DNA of 64,000 bases from an uncultured Eubacteriales bacterium (GTDB taxonomy: Bacteria; Bacillota; Clostridia; Oscillospirales; CAG-272), in NCBI GenBank assembly GCA_949299535.1, contig CASGAQ010000002.1:39790-103789 (forward strand), in the 5' to 3' direction. Shown here one piece after another: positions 49,253-59,400 of the stretch. The first letter of the stretch is position 1; each line of letters opens with the position of its first letter. The notes under the pieces are model-generated. The model was given only the letters and a program-made list of their open reading frames with translations. It was not told the DNA's origin and did not search any database. The position numbers were made by a program, and so were the translations under genes.

Positions 49253-49331
49253 TTGACCGTGATTTGTTGACTATAAAAAACAGTTGACTATAAAAAAAAC
49301 AGTTGACTATAAAAAACAAAAGTATTATAAT
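49253..49331 (+). repeat. tandem array of TTGAC-containing units ending in a consensus promoter
   Basis: TTGACC at 49253, then three TTGACTATAAAAAA(AA)CAG units at 49267, 49284 and 49303. The last TTGACT is followed by 17 nt and TATAAT (49326-49331). Confidence 0.85.
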
Positions 49332-49407
49332 TAAACCATAAACAGTCAGTTTTTTACTGTATTTTGATTTTAATTATAATTTAAAAATTTATGGAGGATT
49401 CAGAGCA

Positions 49408-50337
49408 TTGAAATTAAGCGTTCAGACAGGCGGAACAGTTGAGGTCCTCGGCATAGACGCAGGTTTTGCGGCTATAAAAGAGGCAGGATTTGATGCAGTC
49501 GATTTCGGGTTCAACGGCGACGCTTCATGGGAAGACCTTCGTGCCGGCAAAAAAATCGATTTTTATGAAAATGAAGAAACACTTCAAAGTTACATAAGCG
49601 AAGTCAAGTCCGCGTCCGAGAAGTACGGTATTGCCATCGGTCAGACACATGCGCCTTTTCCGACATATATACCGCGCTCGGAACAGGGTACGATAAACTG
49701 CTGCAACTATAATCGAAAATGCATAGAACTTACGGCGAAGCTCGGCTGCCGTTACATCATAATACATCCTGTTTTTGACGGAAGCATGCGTTTTCCATCT
49801 TTAACAAAGGAAGAAGAATATAAACGTAATATAGAGTTTTATACTTCTTTGATTCCTTTGCTTAAAAAACATAATGTGATTTGCTGTCTTGAGAACATGT
49901 GGTCGCAAGATTGGAAAACGAAAAAAATTTATACTGCCTGCTGTTCCGAGGTGAACGAAACAATAAGATACATAGATGAACTCAATGCCGCCGCAGGCGA
50001 AGAACTTTTCGGTTTCTGCCTTGATACCGGACACCTTCTGCTGTTGGGGCAGAATCCTGCTTTTTGGATAGAAAGGCTCGGAAGCAGAATAAAAACGCTT
50101 CATGTTCACGACAACGACGGCGTCGGCGACGACCACACGCTTCCTTACCTCGGCTGTTGCAACTGGGATAAGGTTGCCGCAGAACTTCACAAGATAGGCT
50201 ATGACGGCAATTTTAATTTTGAAACGGCTGGATTCAACAACAAATTTCCCTCGGAACTTTGCGGTGCGGCGCTCAAAATGCTCTCGTCGGTAGGACGTTA
50301 CCTTATCGGAATAATTACCTCCGAAGAAACTAAATAA
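49408..50337 (+). CDS. sugar phosphate isomerase/epimerase (xylose isomerase-like TIM barrel)
   Basis: 309 aa. Pattern HAPF...IIHP...LENM...DTGH...HVHDN matches the AP-endonuclease-2/TIM barrel family. TTG start with RBS ggagga. Confidence 0.8.
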   Translation: MKLSVQTGGTVEVLGIDAGFAAIKEAGFDAVDFGFNGDASWEDLRAGKKIDFYENEETLQSYISEVKSASEKYGIAIGQTHAPFPTYIPRSEQGTINCCNYNRKCIELTAKLGCRYIIIHPVFDGSMRFPSLTKEEEYKRNIEFYTSLIPLLKKHNVICCLENMWSQDWKTKKIYTACCSEVNETIRYIDELNAAAGEELFGFCLDTGHLLLLGQNPAFWIERLGSRIKTLHVHDNDGVGDDHTLPYLGCCNWDKVAAELHKIGYDGNFNFETAGFNNKFPSELCGAALKMLSSVGRYLIGIITSEETK

Positions 50338-50357
50338 CATACAAAAATAAAAAAGCA

Positions 50358-50385
50358 AGAAAGACCGTTTAAAGACGGTCTTTCT
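50358..50385. terminator. bidirectional terminator
   Basis: agaaagaccgt/acggtctttct stem. Confidence 0.8.
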
Positions 50386-50398
50386 GATTTTATTTGCT

Positions 50399-50953
50399 TT
50401 ATTTTTTGTTTTTGCCTTGTTCTTCTTCGAGATATTCAAGCAGTGCTGCGGAGTCGTCAAACATCTTGTAGCCGGCTTTTGCTTCTGCCGTCGTAAAACC
50501 GGTATTTAATGTATGGAGCATAAATTCTTCAAACTTATCGAAGTAACCGTTTATATTGAGGACAGCTATCGGTTTTGTATGCTTGCCGAGCTGTTTGAGC
50601 GCAAGAACTTCGAAAAATTCCTCATAAGTTCCGATACCGCCCGGCACCATTACGAAGGCATCGGACATATCTTCCATCAGTTTTTTACGTTCCGCAGTTG
50701 TTTTGGTAAAGATAAGCTCCGTGCATTTTTTGTAGATTATATCTCCCTCGTCAAAGAATGAGGGCGATATGCCGATGATATCTCCGTTTTCTTTTTCTGC
50801 TCCGCGTGCCGCCGCGCCCATAAGACCGTGGGCACCCGCTCCGAATATCAAGGTGTGCGAACGGCGGGCAATGTTTTTGCCAAATTCTTCTGTTTTATCG
50901 AAATATATTTTTTCGATGTTATCGCTTGAAGCTCCGAAAACACATATCTTCAT
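50399..50953 (-). CDS. LOG-family (TIGR00730-type) Rossmann-fold protein
   Basis: 184 aa. MKICVFGASS, GAGAHGLMGA and VMVPGGIGTYEE(F)FE motifs. RBS ggaagga before the ATG at 50953. The longer ORF-track start is rejected. Confidence 0.85.
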   Translation of the reverse strand: MKICVFGASSDNIEKIYFDKTEEFGKNIARRSHTLIFGAGAHGLMGAAARGAEKENGDIIGISPSFFDEGDIIYKKCTELIFTKTTAERKKLMEDMSDAFVMVPGGIGTYEEFFEVLALKQLGKHTKPIAVLNINGYFDKFEEFMLHTLNTGFTTAEAKAGYKMFDDSAALLEYLEEEQGKNKK

Positions 50954-51145
50954 GGTGAGAGTTCCTTCCGAAAAAATAAAAAATAATGAATGTTTTGAAA
51001 TATACTTTGTTATTTTATCATAAGACGCGGAGAAAGGCAATCGTTTCGGTAAAAATAACGTTTTTGAAGATGATAAAAATAAAAAAGAGATTTTGCAAGG
51101 ATTTTTTGTTTTTCGATCGTATAATAAATGAAAAGGAGGTGTCAT

Positions 51146-51697
51146 ATGGATAAAGGAGCCGACAGCTACCGTCGTTTTTTGGACGGTGAAGAAAGTGCTT
51201 TTGATGAGCTTATCGAAAATTACTACGAAATGCTCGCTCGCTTTATTAACGGATATGTGAAGGATTACGCAGTTGCCGAGGATATTGCCGTTGACGTTTA
51301 TACTTATATCATAATCCACAAGCACAAATATAATTTCAAAACATCTTTTAAAACGTATCTTTTCATGATAGGCAGAAGCAGGGCGCTTGACTACCTGAAG
51401 CGGTCAAAAAAATTAAAAACGGTCGACTTTTCGGATATCGAGAATGAAATTTCGGAATCGGCTGTTCCTGAAGATATTGTTTTTGCCGATGAGAGAAGAG
51501 AGATCGTAAGTAATTACCTTAATAAACTGCCGACAGATATGAGAGAAGTGTTAAGGCTCGTATATTTTGAAGGACTTTCATATGAAGAGACGGCTGCGAT
51601 AATGAAAAAAAGCCGAAAACAAGTGGACAATCTCCTTTATCGATCGAAGGAAAAACTGCGTTCCGCCATGGGAAAGGAAGGTGAACTTCTTCTATGA
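51146..51697 (+). CDS. ECF-type RNA polymerase sigma factor
   Basis: Region 2 (AEDIAVDVYTYII) and region 4 HTH (LSYEETAAIMKKSRKQVDNLLYRSKEKL). RBS aaggagg before the ATG at 51146. Confidence 0.88.
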   Translation: MDKGADSYRRFLDGEESAFDELIENYYEMLARFINGYVKDYAVAEDIAVDVYTYIIIHKHKYNFKTSFKTYLFMIGRSRALDYLKRSKKLKTVDFSDIENEISESAVPEDIVFADERREIVSNYLNKLPTDMREVLRLVYFEGLSYEETAAIMKKSRKQVDNLLYRSKEKLRSAMGKEGELLL

Positions 51698-52236
51698 GAA
51701 GAACAACGGAAGAAATAAAAACAGAGATCTTTCGTCGGCGTGATGAATACTTGAAAAAGAGGAAGGCTCGTATATTTGCAGTATCCTCTCTGGCAGTTCC
51801 TCTTGCGATTTTTGCGGTAATATGCTCGGCGGTTTTTCCACGCGATATATTTCCTTATGTTGAGGAGAGCGTTTACTTTGGGAAGACAGAGAAAGTACAT
51901 TTTATCGTATTATCGGACGAAGCTTTTTTGAGCGAGGCAGAGAAGGTCGATTTTGTTGAATATGGCAAAGACCGAGTGATACCGGAGAGGACTTATCAGG
52001 ACGAGATAATTTCATTTATGAGAGAATTTACAAAGTCTGCGTCTCTGTTGGACGAGACAGAGAGCATTACCGAATCAAATTCTGAAAAACCGTTATATGT
52101 ACTGAGATTTTTCTCGAAAAGCGGAGAAATGCGTGAGTATGCCGTGTATCAAAATTATATCGTCAGCACGGTAGAAAACTATCTTTTGTCACAGTCTGAC
52201 TTTGAATTTCTTAAAGAAATACTCGAAAGGAGTTGA
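51694..52236 (+). CDS. putative anti-sigma factor (short cytoplasmic N-terminus, one TM helix, extracytoplasmic domain)
   Basis: ATGA overlap with the sigma gene. TM segment IFAVSSLAVPLAIFAVICSAVF. No ZAS motif. Confidence 0.55.
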   Translation: MRRTTEEIKTEIFRRRDEYLKKRKARIFAVSSLAVPLAIFAVICSAVFPRDIFPYVEESVYFGKTEKVHFIVLSDEAFLSEAEKVDFVEYGKDRVIPERTYQDEIISFMREFTKSASLLDETESITESNSEKPLYVLRFFSKSGEMREYAVYQNYIVSTVENYLLSQSDFEFLKEILERS

Positions 52237-52241
52237 TATAT

Positions 52242-53198
52242 ATGAAAAACAAAAGTCTTTTAAAAAAAATACTTGCTCTGTTCATGTTTACCGCATTTAC
52301 GGCGCTGTCGGCCTCCTGCGGAGAAGTTGTATTTAAAGCTACCGATTCTCTTAATGATGGAATTGTGTCAGTTGTTTCCTCATCGGGAACTGCCACGGTG
52401 CAAATTCCTGAGCCGATAAACGGAACATATGATAAATACGGCTGCACGGATCTTTTTCACGGTGATTATCATATCTCGGTGAAAAATGTTCAAATCACCA
52501 AAGACGGCAAGAGTATAACGCGCGAAGAACTGAATAAAGGTGATATAATCGCCGTTTATTTCAACGGACTTATAGCCGAATCTTATCCTGCTCGGCCGAT
52601 GGGCGTTACGAAAATAGAGGTCGTAACGTGCGATCCGGCTGAATATAAAAGCAGTTCAGATAAATATGAATGCAAGCTTTTCAGAATAACCTGTCTTATA
52701 AGCGACATATTTGCCGAAGAATATGTTCCTCCCGTTGTTTCTTCTGTTTCCTGGGTGAACTGGTCAGATGACCTAAAAATCAGGGAACTGGCATTGAACA
52801 AAGATACTTTTGTATTCAGCTCAGTCTGCCATATTCCGATATACAGATGTACTTCTCCGGAAGAACTGAACCAATTCAAAGCAGAATTTTCAGATGTATT
52901 TTGCATGAATGCAACATGGGACGAAGTGCCGTCTTTAAATGAAGTGACCGCCGATTACACGGAAGATTTCTTCGCGGAAAACGATCTTTTTCTTGTTTAT
53001 GTGGAGGCAGGCAGCTGTACTCCGCGGTTTGGTGTGGATTCCGTTTCAGTAGAGGACGGTATGCTCTGTGTTTATGTCAGGTATACCTATAATCCTGAAG
53101 AGGGTGACACCGCAATGGCGGGTTGGATCATAACTATTCCCGTAAACAAAGATTTGACACAGGATTGCACAAAGTTTGATGCTGTTTTAATGTCATGA
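52242..53198 (+). CDS. putative lipoprotein with DUF3221/YobA-like N-terminal domain
   Basis: Signal peptide with lipobox LSASC. GDIIAVYFNGLIAESYPARP resembles the DUF3221 OB-like motif. Cys-rich C-terminal part. Confidence 0.65.
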   Translation: MKNKSLLKKILALFMFTAFTALSASCGEVVFKATDSLNDGIVSVVSSSGTATVQIPEPINGTYDKYGCTDLFHGDYHISVKNVQITKDGKSITREELNKGDIIAVYFNGLIAESYPARPMGVTKIEVVTCDPAEYKSSSDKYECKLFRITCLISDIFAEEYVPPVVSSVSWVNWSDDLKIRELALNKDTFVFSSVCHIPIYRCTSPEELNQFKAEFSDVFCMNATWDEVPSLNEVTADYTEDFFAENDLFLVYVEAGSCTPRFGVDSVSVEDGMLCVYVRYTYNPEEGDTAMAGWIITIPVNKDLTQDCTKFDAVLMS

Positions 53199-53237
53199 GA
53201 GAGTTTTTTAATCAACATCAAAAGTAATACGACCTCA

Positions 53238-53282
53238 AACAGCCGCAAGTTTAATGTGACGGAACTTGCGGCTGTTTTTTTG
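53238..53282. terminator. bidirectional terminator
   Basis: 14-bp stem aacagccgcaagtt/aacttgcggctgtt followed by a T-run. Confidence 0.85.
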
Positions 53283-53323
53283 TTTCGCTCATAACTCATA
53301 TTTGAAATATTATTCATCAGGTA

Positions 53324-55981
53324 TTATTCATCAGGGAAATACGTTGTTGTTTGGTCTGGAACGGTTGAGGTGTCGGAAGTTTGCGGTCTGCTGTTTTGCG
53401 TTGTGCTAGGCACTGTCTGAGGAGTCGTCGTGTTAGCACTCGAAGTGCACGATGTCGTTGACGGTACAGCCGTCGATTGCGTATTTGTCGTTTGAGCAGT
53501 TGTCGTCCGAGCAGTTGTCATTTGAGATGTTGTCGTCTTATCGGTCGTTTCCGTAGTTATTTCCGTAGTTGCTTCTGTTTCCGAAAAGTGTTCTCGGCAA
53601 TAACGGTTGTATGCCTTGTCCTTTCCCGATGTTCCGAAATATTCCCCTTTTTTTCTGAGATTTGCAAAAAAAGGCATATTTTCTTCAAGAGCAGGCTCTT
53701 CTCCTATCGGAAGATACCTATAGGTATACTGAGAGTCGGTTATTTTTATTTCACAAGGGAAAGACCGCGCAACTTTTAAAAGAGCGGTCTTTATTATATT
53801 TTCCGAAGGGCATTTGTCGCACGCCACTGCGCGGGTAGTTTTGTCGTAAGACACGAGTATATGCGTGTCGCAGTGATTTTTCGGCTCCGTTCCGCGCTTG
53901 AAATATCCCGTTTCTATACGATTGCCGCGCGGGTCGCAATGGCACGCTTTTGAGGCAAGCTCGCCCGAATCCGCGCAGAAAGCGCAGTTTACGACTCCAT
54001 CGCAGGAACTGAATTTTTTTGTATATTCGGGAAGGGAATCATACACTTTATCCATTATGCCGTCAAATACGGTGCAGGCGGGATTCTTTTTGTATTCTCC
54101 TATATCGCGTCCGTCTTTGTATCCTACCCAAACGCCGCAAACGTAATCCGGTGTGCATCCTATGAACCATCTGTCTGCTCCTGAATTGGAGGTTCCCGTT
54201 TTTCCCGCAACCTCGACATGCCCGGCAAGTTCAAGTCCTTTTGCTGTTCCTTTTGTGACGACATCTTTCAACATTCTCGTCATTATATAAGCGGTTTCTT
54301 CTGAGATAAGGCGTTCGGCTTTTTCACCGTGAGATAGAAGGAGAGTGCCGTCTTTGTCATATACCGCCGTGTAGGTGTACGTTTTTTCAAATTCTCCGCC
54401 GCGTGTGAACATGGTGTATGCTCCCGCCATATCGCGTACGGTTACGCCGAGACTTGTTGCACCGAGCGCTAAAGGCGCTTCAGCTATATCCGAAAGAGTT
54501 TGTCCGCCTTCTCCTGCGGCGCTTTCTACAAGTCCGGATATGCCGGCTTTTTTGCAGAAATCAAAGGAATTTCTGAGTCCTACTTTTTCCAGTACGCGGA
54601 CAGCGACAGTATTTACCGAATTTGTGACTGCTTTGCTTACCGTAGTGAGTCCTGAATAAATGCGAGGATTATTTTTCGGCCAAAGTACATAATTTTCTCC
54701 GCTTTTTGTTATATCTACGGGGACGTCGTCGAAAACGGTCGCCCATGTTACTAAATTCTTTTCGATAGCAGGGGCGTAGACTGATATGGGTTTAAGCGAC
54801 GAACCCGGAGAGCGTCGCGCTTTGGTCGCAAGACAAAAGGCTCTGTTGGAACTTTTTTTTCCTCTGCCACCCGCAACAGCGCGTACCGCACCTGTTCTGC
54901 CGTCTATTATTACGGCTGCGCTGTCGGGAATCCCTTCCTCGTTCTTGGGAAAATTTGAGGCTTTTGCGTAGAAGGCTTCTATCATATCCTGCATATCTTT
55001 ATCCAGAGTGGAGCGTATGGTAAGACCGCCGGAGTAAACTTTGGCGCTTGCCTGCTCGCGTGATATTCCGTGTAACTCCATAAGGTCGGATATAACATCT
55101 TCTATAAGTGCGTCTGTAAACCACGAATAAATTTCCTCGGTATCGGAGATTTCTTTTTGCTCTGCCGTGACAAGTTCTTCCGCGACGGCGCTGTCGTATT
55201 CTGCGTCGCTGATGAATCCCAGCTCGTTCATGCGGAAAAGCACTGTGTTGCGGCGCTCAATATTATTTTCAGGCTTTTTAAAAGGATCGTAGTAAGACGG
55301 ATTCTGCACTATCGCCGCAAGAGACGCCGCTTCTGCCAGAGAAACTTCCGAAGCACTCTTGCCGAAGAATTTTTCCGCGGCTGTTTCAACTCCGAAACAG
55401 CCTGAAGAAAGATATACATTGTTGAGGTACATTTCGAGAATATCGTCTTTGGAAGTGTTTTTTTCAAGTTCTATGGCGCGGACTATCTCAGTCAGCTTGC
55501 GTTTTACCGTGACTTGATTCTCTCCGGTGAGATTTTTTATGAGCTGCTGCGTTATTGTCGAGCCGCCGTAGCTCTTTCCGCTGAAGAAATTGAGTACTGC
55601 TCCGGCAAGCCGTTTTACGTCTATTCCGCAATGCTCGTAAAACCTATGGTCCTCTATTGCTATAAATGCATTTTTGATGTTCGGGGAAATATTTTCGCTT
55701 TCAACCCAAATGCGGTTTTCTTTGCCGTGCAGCCGCAGAAGTTCCAGTTCTTCGCCTTCGGGGGAAGTGTAGTATATTTTTGTCGTAAGTCCGAGTCCTC
55801 CGGCAAGGGTTTGAACATCAAGTTCCGCATCTATATTTTTCATATACATAAAAAGCGCGCCGGATACCGTGACGGCGCACAGCAAGCCTACAAGGAATAC
55901 AGCCAAAAAGGCATAAAAAATTCTTTTGAATATCTTTTTTGTACGTTTAATAAAAATCACCTCTTTTTGAATATTGTGCAT
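53324..55981 (-). CDS. PBP1A-family bifunctional penicillin-binding protein with Cys-rich insert and Thr-rich C-terminal tail
   Basis: N-terminal TM helix. GT51 motifs (EDHRFYEH, GGSTITQQ). Transpeptidase motifs SSLKP, SVN and KTGTS. C-terminal ~90 aa rich in Thr/Ser/Gln/Pro. Confidence 0.92.
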   Translation of the reverse strand: MHNIQKEVIFIKRTKKIFKRIFYAFLAVFLVGLLCAVTVSGALFMYMKNIDAELDVQTLAGGLGLTTKIYYTSPEGEELELLRLHGKENRIWVESENISPNIKNAFIAIEDHRFYEHCGIDVKRLAGAVLNFFSGKSYGGSTITQQLIKNLTGENQVTVKRKLTEIVRAIELEKNTSKDDILEMYLNNVYLSSGCFGVETAAEKFFGKSASEVSLAEAASLAAIVQNPSYYDPFKKPENNIERRNTVLFRMNELGFISDAEYDSAVAEELVTAEQKEISDTEEIYSWFTDALIEDVISDLMELHGISREQASAKVYSGGLTIRSTLDKDMQDMIEAFYAKASNFPKNEEGIPDSAAVIIDGRTGAVRAVAGGRGKKSSNRAFCLATKARRSPGSSLKPISVYAPAIEKNLVTWATVFDDVPVDITKSGENYVLWPKNNPRIYSGLTTVSKAVTNSVNTVAVRVLEKVGLRNSFDFCKKAGISGLVESAAGEGGQTLSDIAEAPLALGATSLGVTVRDMAGAYTMFTRGGEFEKTYTYTAVYDKDGTLLLSHGEKAERLISEETAYIMTRMLKDVVTKGTAKGLELAGHVEVAGKTGTSNSGADRWFIGCTPDYVCGVWVGYKDGRDIGEYKKNPACTVFDGIMDKVYDSLPEYTKKFSSCDGVVNCAFCADSGELASKACHCDPRGNRIETGYFKRGTEPKNHCDTHILVSYDKTTRAVACDKCPSENIIKTALLKVARSFPCEIKITDSQYTYRYLPIGEEPALEENMPFFANLRKKGEYFGTSGKDKAYNRYCREHFSETEATTEITTETTDKTTTSQMTTARTTTAQTTNTQSTAVPSTTSCTSSANTTTPQTVPSTTQNSRPQTSDTSTVPDQTTTYFPDE

Positions 55982-56032
55982 GGAGAGTGAAAATAATATT
56001 ACATGAAAAATTCTGTAAAAAGAGGTGATTTT

Positions 56033-56419
56033 ATGGAGCGTTCAAGACTGGTTTCGGGAATGATCGGATTTTTTGTTTTTCTTGTGCTTGTTATAAGCAT
56101 ACTCACAATGAGTCTTTGTCTTGGCATAAGAAAAAATGTAAAGGCGGCGATATTCGGCACGGGAAGCGGGGAAGTAGAGGCGATGGCAAGTCAAGACGAT
56201 ATGAGTGAGATATCCGAAAACGAAGATACGCCCATTGTCCTTTATTCCGCGATCCTTGCGGATGGGGAGATCTATATTTACGACTCATACGGCACTCTTT
56301 ATGATAAGTTGGCGCCGTATGCCGAATTTATGACTGAGAGCGACAAAAATCTGCTTTCCGACGGCGTTGATTTTTACAGCGAAGAAGAGCTTGAATCATT
56401 TATGAATGATTTCAGCTGA
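56033..56419 (+). CDS. small membrane-anchored acidic protein, unknown function
   Basis: 128 aa. One TM helix (MIGFFVFLVLVISILTMSL). RBS agagg before the ATG at 56033. Confidence 0.5.
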   Translation: MERSRLVSGMIGFFVFLVLVISILTMSLCLGIRKNVKAAIFGTGSGEVEAMASQDDMSEISENEDTPIVLYSAILADGEIYIYDSYGTLYDKLAPYAEFMTESDKNLLSDGVDFYSEEELESFMNDFS

Positions 56420-56421
56420 TA

Positions 56422-56466
56422 AAAGACGAAAGAGAGGTTCAATAAGCGAACCTCTCTTTCGTCTTT
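56422..56466. terminator. bidirectional terminator
   Basis: 19-bp stem aaagacgaaagagaggttc/gaacctctctttcgtcttt. Confidence 0.85.
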
Positions 56467-56475
56467 ATATTATAA

Positions 56476-59400
56476 CTACTTTATAACTACACCGTCATTG
56501 CCCAATAGCTTTTTGAGATATGAGAGCATATTCGGTCTTATGTCTGTGCCGACGCTGTATTTTTCGTATTTTTTTTCTTTTTCGTTATATATCACGACAG
56601 GTGTAGCTCCTTCGAATATGGAAATCACGCTCATCACCTGAGTGAAAAGTTTTCCTTCCTTGTCGGGAACTTTAAGATATATTTTCTGCTGTTTTGTCGG
56701 CTCTTGCCTAAGCGGTGTTGGAGCAGTCTGTCCGTGTTTTGCCGTCGTCTCTTTTTGTGGGGCGGAGGCCGCGGGGTTTTCTTCCGGAAGTCCTTCAGCG
56801 AGAAGATTTATTGCCGAAACAAGTATTTTAGGCTCTCGGTTTTCCTCGGCGGATATCTCTCCGCGCAGACATACGGCAGAATCTTTTGTGAGTATATGGG
56901 AAGAATCCGCGAATATCTTGGGGAATATTATCAGTTCTATCTCTCCGGTCTTATCCTCCAGTGTGAGGAACGCCATGGAAGCACCGTTTTTTGTCGTTTT
57001 TACCGTTTTGGACGTTATTATGCCGCATAGTTTTACTTTTTGCTTGTCTGCGAACGGAATGATGTCGTTTTCTGCTTCTTCTTCGGAAAATGAAGCGAGT
57101 ATGGCGCCTATCGGCATTGGTATTATATTTTCGATATATTCGCTGTAATCGTCGAGCGGATGGCCTGAAAAATACATACCGGTCAGTTCCTTTTCCTGAC
57201 GCAGTTTTTCTTTGACTGAATATTCGGGAATGTCGGGGTAATCGTATGCGTCGGTTTCTCCGAAAGTTTCACGGGCGCATAAGTTATCCATCGTGAAAAG
57301 GTTCATCTGGTCGGTATTCTGTTCTCTGGCGCGGCGCACATAAATATCGATTATCTTTTCATATTCGCTGTGAAGCGCGCTTCTTTTTATACCGAGCGAG
57401 TCGAATGCTCCGCTGAAGATAAGGGATTCTATCTGCCGTTTGTTAATCTCATATTTGCTCATTCGCTTTACGAAATCCACAAACGATGAATAAGGGCCGT
57501 TTTCATCTCTTTCGGCTATGACCTGCGAAAGAAATGCGTCTCCTACACTTTTGATTCCCAAAAGACCGAAACGTATCGATTTTCTGCCGCTCTTATCCGT
57601 TGTGACGTGATATGTCTTTCGGCTCTCGTTTATGTCGGGGCCAAAGACTTCGATACGTATTTTTTTCGCTTCCTCTATGTAAGAGGCGCTTTTGGTAATG
57701 TTATCTGAAACGGAGGAGATGAGCGCGGCAAAATATTCGCATGGATAGTGCGTTTTCAGATATGCCGTTCGGTAAGAGATATACGCGTAAGGAGTCGCAT
57801 GATTTTTGTTGAAGGCATATTTGGCAAAAGATGCCATGCTATCAAAGATCTCTTCCGCGTCTTTTTCGGAAAGACCGCGGGCAACAGCTCCTTCGCAGAG
57901 AACGTTACCGTTTTCATCTTTTTCTCCGTAAATGAAAGCGTTGCGTTCTTTTTCCATCTCACCGCTTTTTTTCTTGCCCATGGCGCGCCGTATGATATCG
58001 GCTCTGCCGAGGGAAAAACCTGCCAGACGGCGGCATATTTCCATGACCTGCTCTTGATATATTATACACCCTGATGTACCCGAAAGTATCTCTTTGAGAG
58101 CTTCGCATTTGTAGCTTACTTTGTCGGGGTTTCTGCGGTTTTCAAGGAACGTCGGAATGGAACTCATCGGTCCCGGACGGTATATGGCAATGGCGAGAAC
58201 GATATCCTCTATATTGCGCGGCTGCATACCTGTAAGAAGTTTTCGCATACCTGCGCTTTCAAGCTGGAAAAGACCTTCGGTTTTGCCTTGCGAAAGAAGT
58301 TCGTACGTTTTTTTGTCGTCGGTCGGTATGGATGTTATATCAAAATCAGGCTCTTTTTCACGTATCTGCTTCTCCGTGTCTGATATTATGGTCAGATATC
58401 TCAGACCGAGAAAGTCGAATTTGAGAAGTCCTAGTTCTGCTATCGTGTCCATCGTGAACTGAGTCAGTGTCATATCGCTCGATACCGCGACGGGAACGTA
58501 TTCATAGACAGGTCTTTCTGTTATGACTATACCTGCGGCATGAGCGGAAACATGGCGAGGCATACCTTCAAGCGACATCGATATGTCGATGAGTTTTTTT
58601 ACTTCCTCACTGTTTTTGTACATTTCTCCGACCCTGCCGAGCATCGCGTCCGCAAGCGTGACATGAAGGTCATCCGGCACCGCCTTTGCGACGACGTCCA
58701 CATCCGCATAACTCATTCCCAATGCTCGTCCGACGTCTCGTATGACCGCTTTTGCAGAGAGCGTACCGAATGTGGCGATACCGCAGACGTGGTCGGCACC
58801 ATATTTTTTTGAAACATAGTCTATGACTTCGCCTCGTCTGTCGTAACAGAAATCAGTATCGAAATCTGGCATGCTTATTCGCTCGGGGTTGAGAAAACGC
58901 TCGAACATAAGATCGTATTTTATTGAATCTACATCCGTTATACCGCAAAGATAAGCGACAAGGCTTCCGGCACCTGAGCCTCGTCCGGGGCCTGTCGGAA
59001 TACCTCTCTTTTTGGCGGCGGCGATAAAATCGTTGACTATAAGATAATATTCCGCATAACCCATTCGGCATATGACGGAAAGCTCGTAGTCTATCCTCTC
59101 GCGGTATTCGCTTTTCGGGTGCTTTTCGCTGAAATTTATCGCGCCTGAGGAGATCTTGTTTTTGAAACCTTCGTTTGCAAGACGCGTAAGGTATTCCTCG
59201 GGGCTTTCTCCTGTTTCGGGCTTGAAACGAGGCTGATATATTTTTCCAAATTCAAAATCGAAATTACACATATCGGCAATTTTTTGCGTGTTTTCGCAAG
59301 CTTCCGGATATGCGGAAAAGAGCTTTTCCATCTCCGATGTACTTTTATAATAAAACTCGTCCGTTTCAAATCCGAACGGACGTCCGTCGGATATCTTGGA

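Noticed and set aside
49253-49331. Tandem repeats considered as a mini CRISPR array
   Set aside because: The units are only 17-19 bp and directly abutting, with no unique spacers, and they coincide with promoter hexamers. No cas genes are in the window.
49801-50460. 219-aa minus-strand ORF overlapping the isomerase gene and a terminator
   Set aside because: It runs antisense through a supported CDS and through the bidirectional terminator hairpin, so it is implausible as a gene.
50954-51325. N-terminal 124-aa extension of the LOG-family ORF (ORF-track start 51325)
   Set aside because: The extension overlaps the divergent ECF sigma gene and its promoter region and has no homology-like features. 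The internal ATG at 50953 has a good RBS and yields a typical 184-aa LOG protein.
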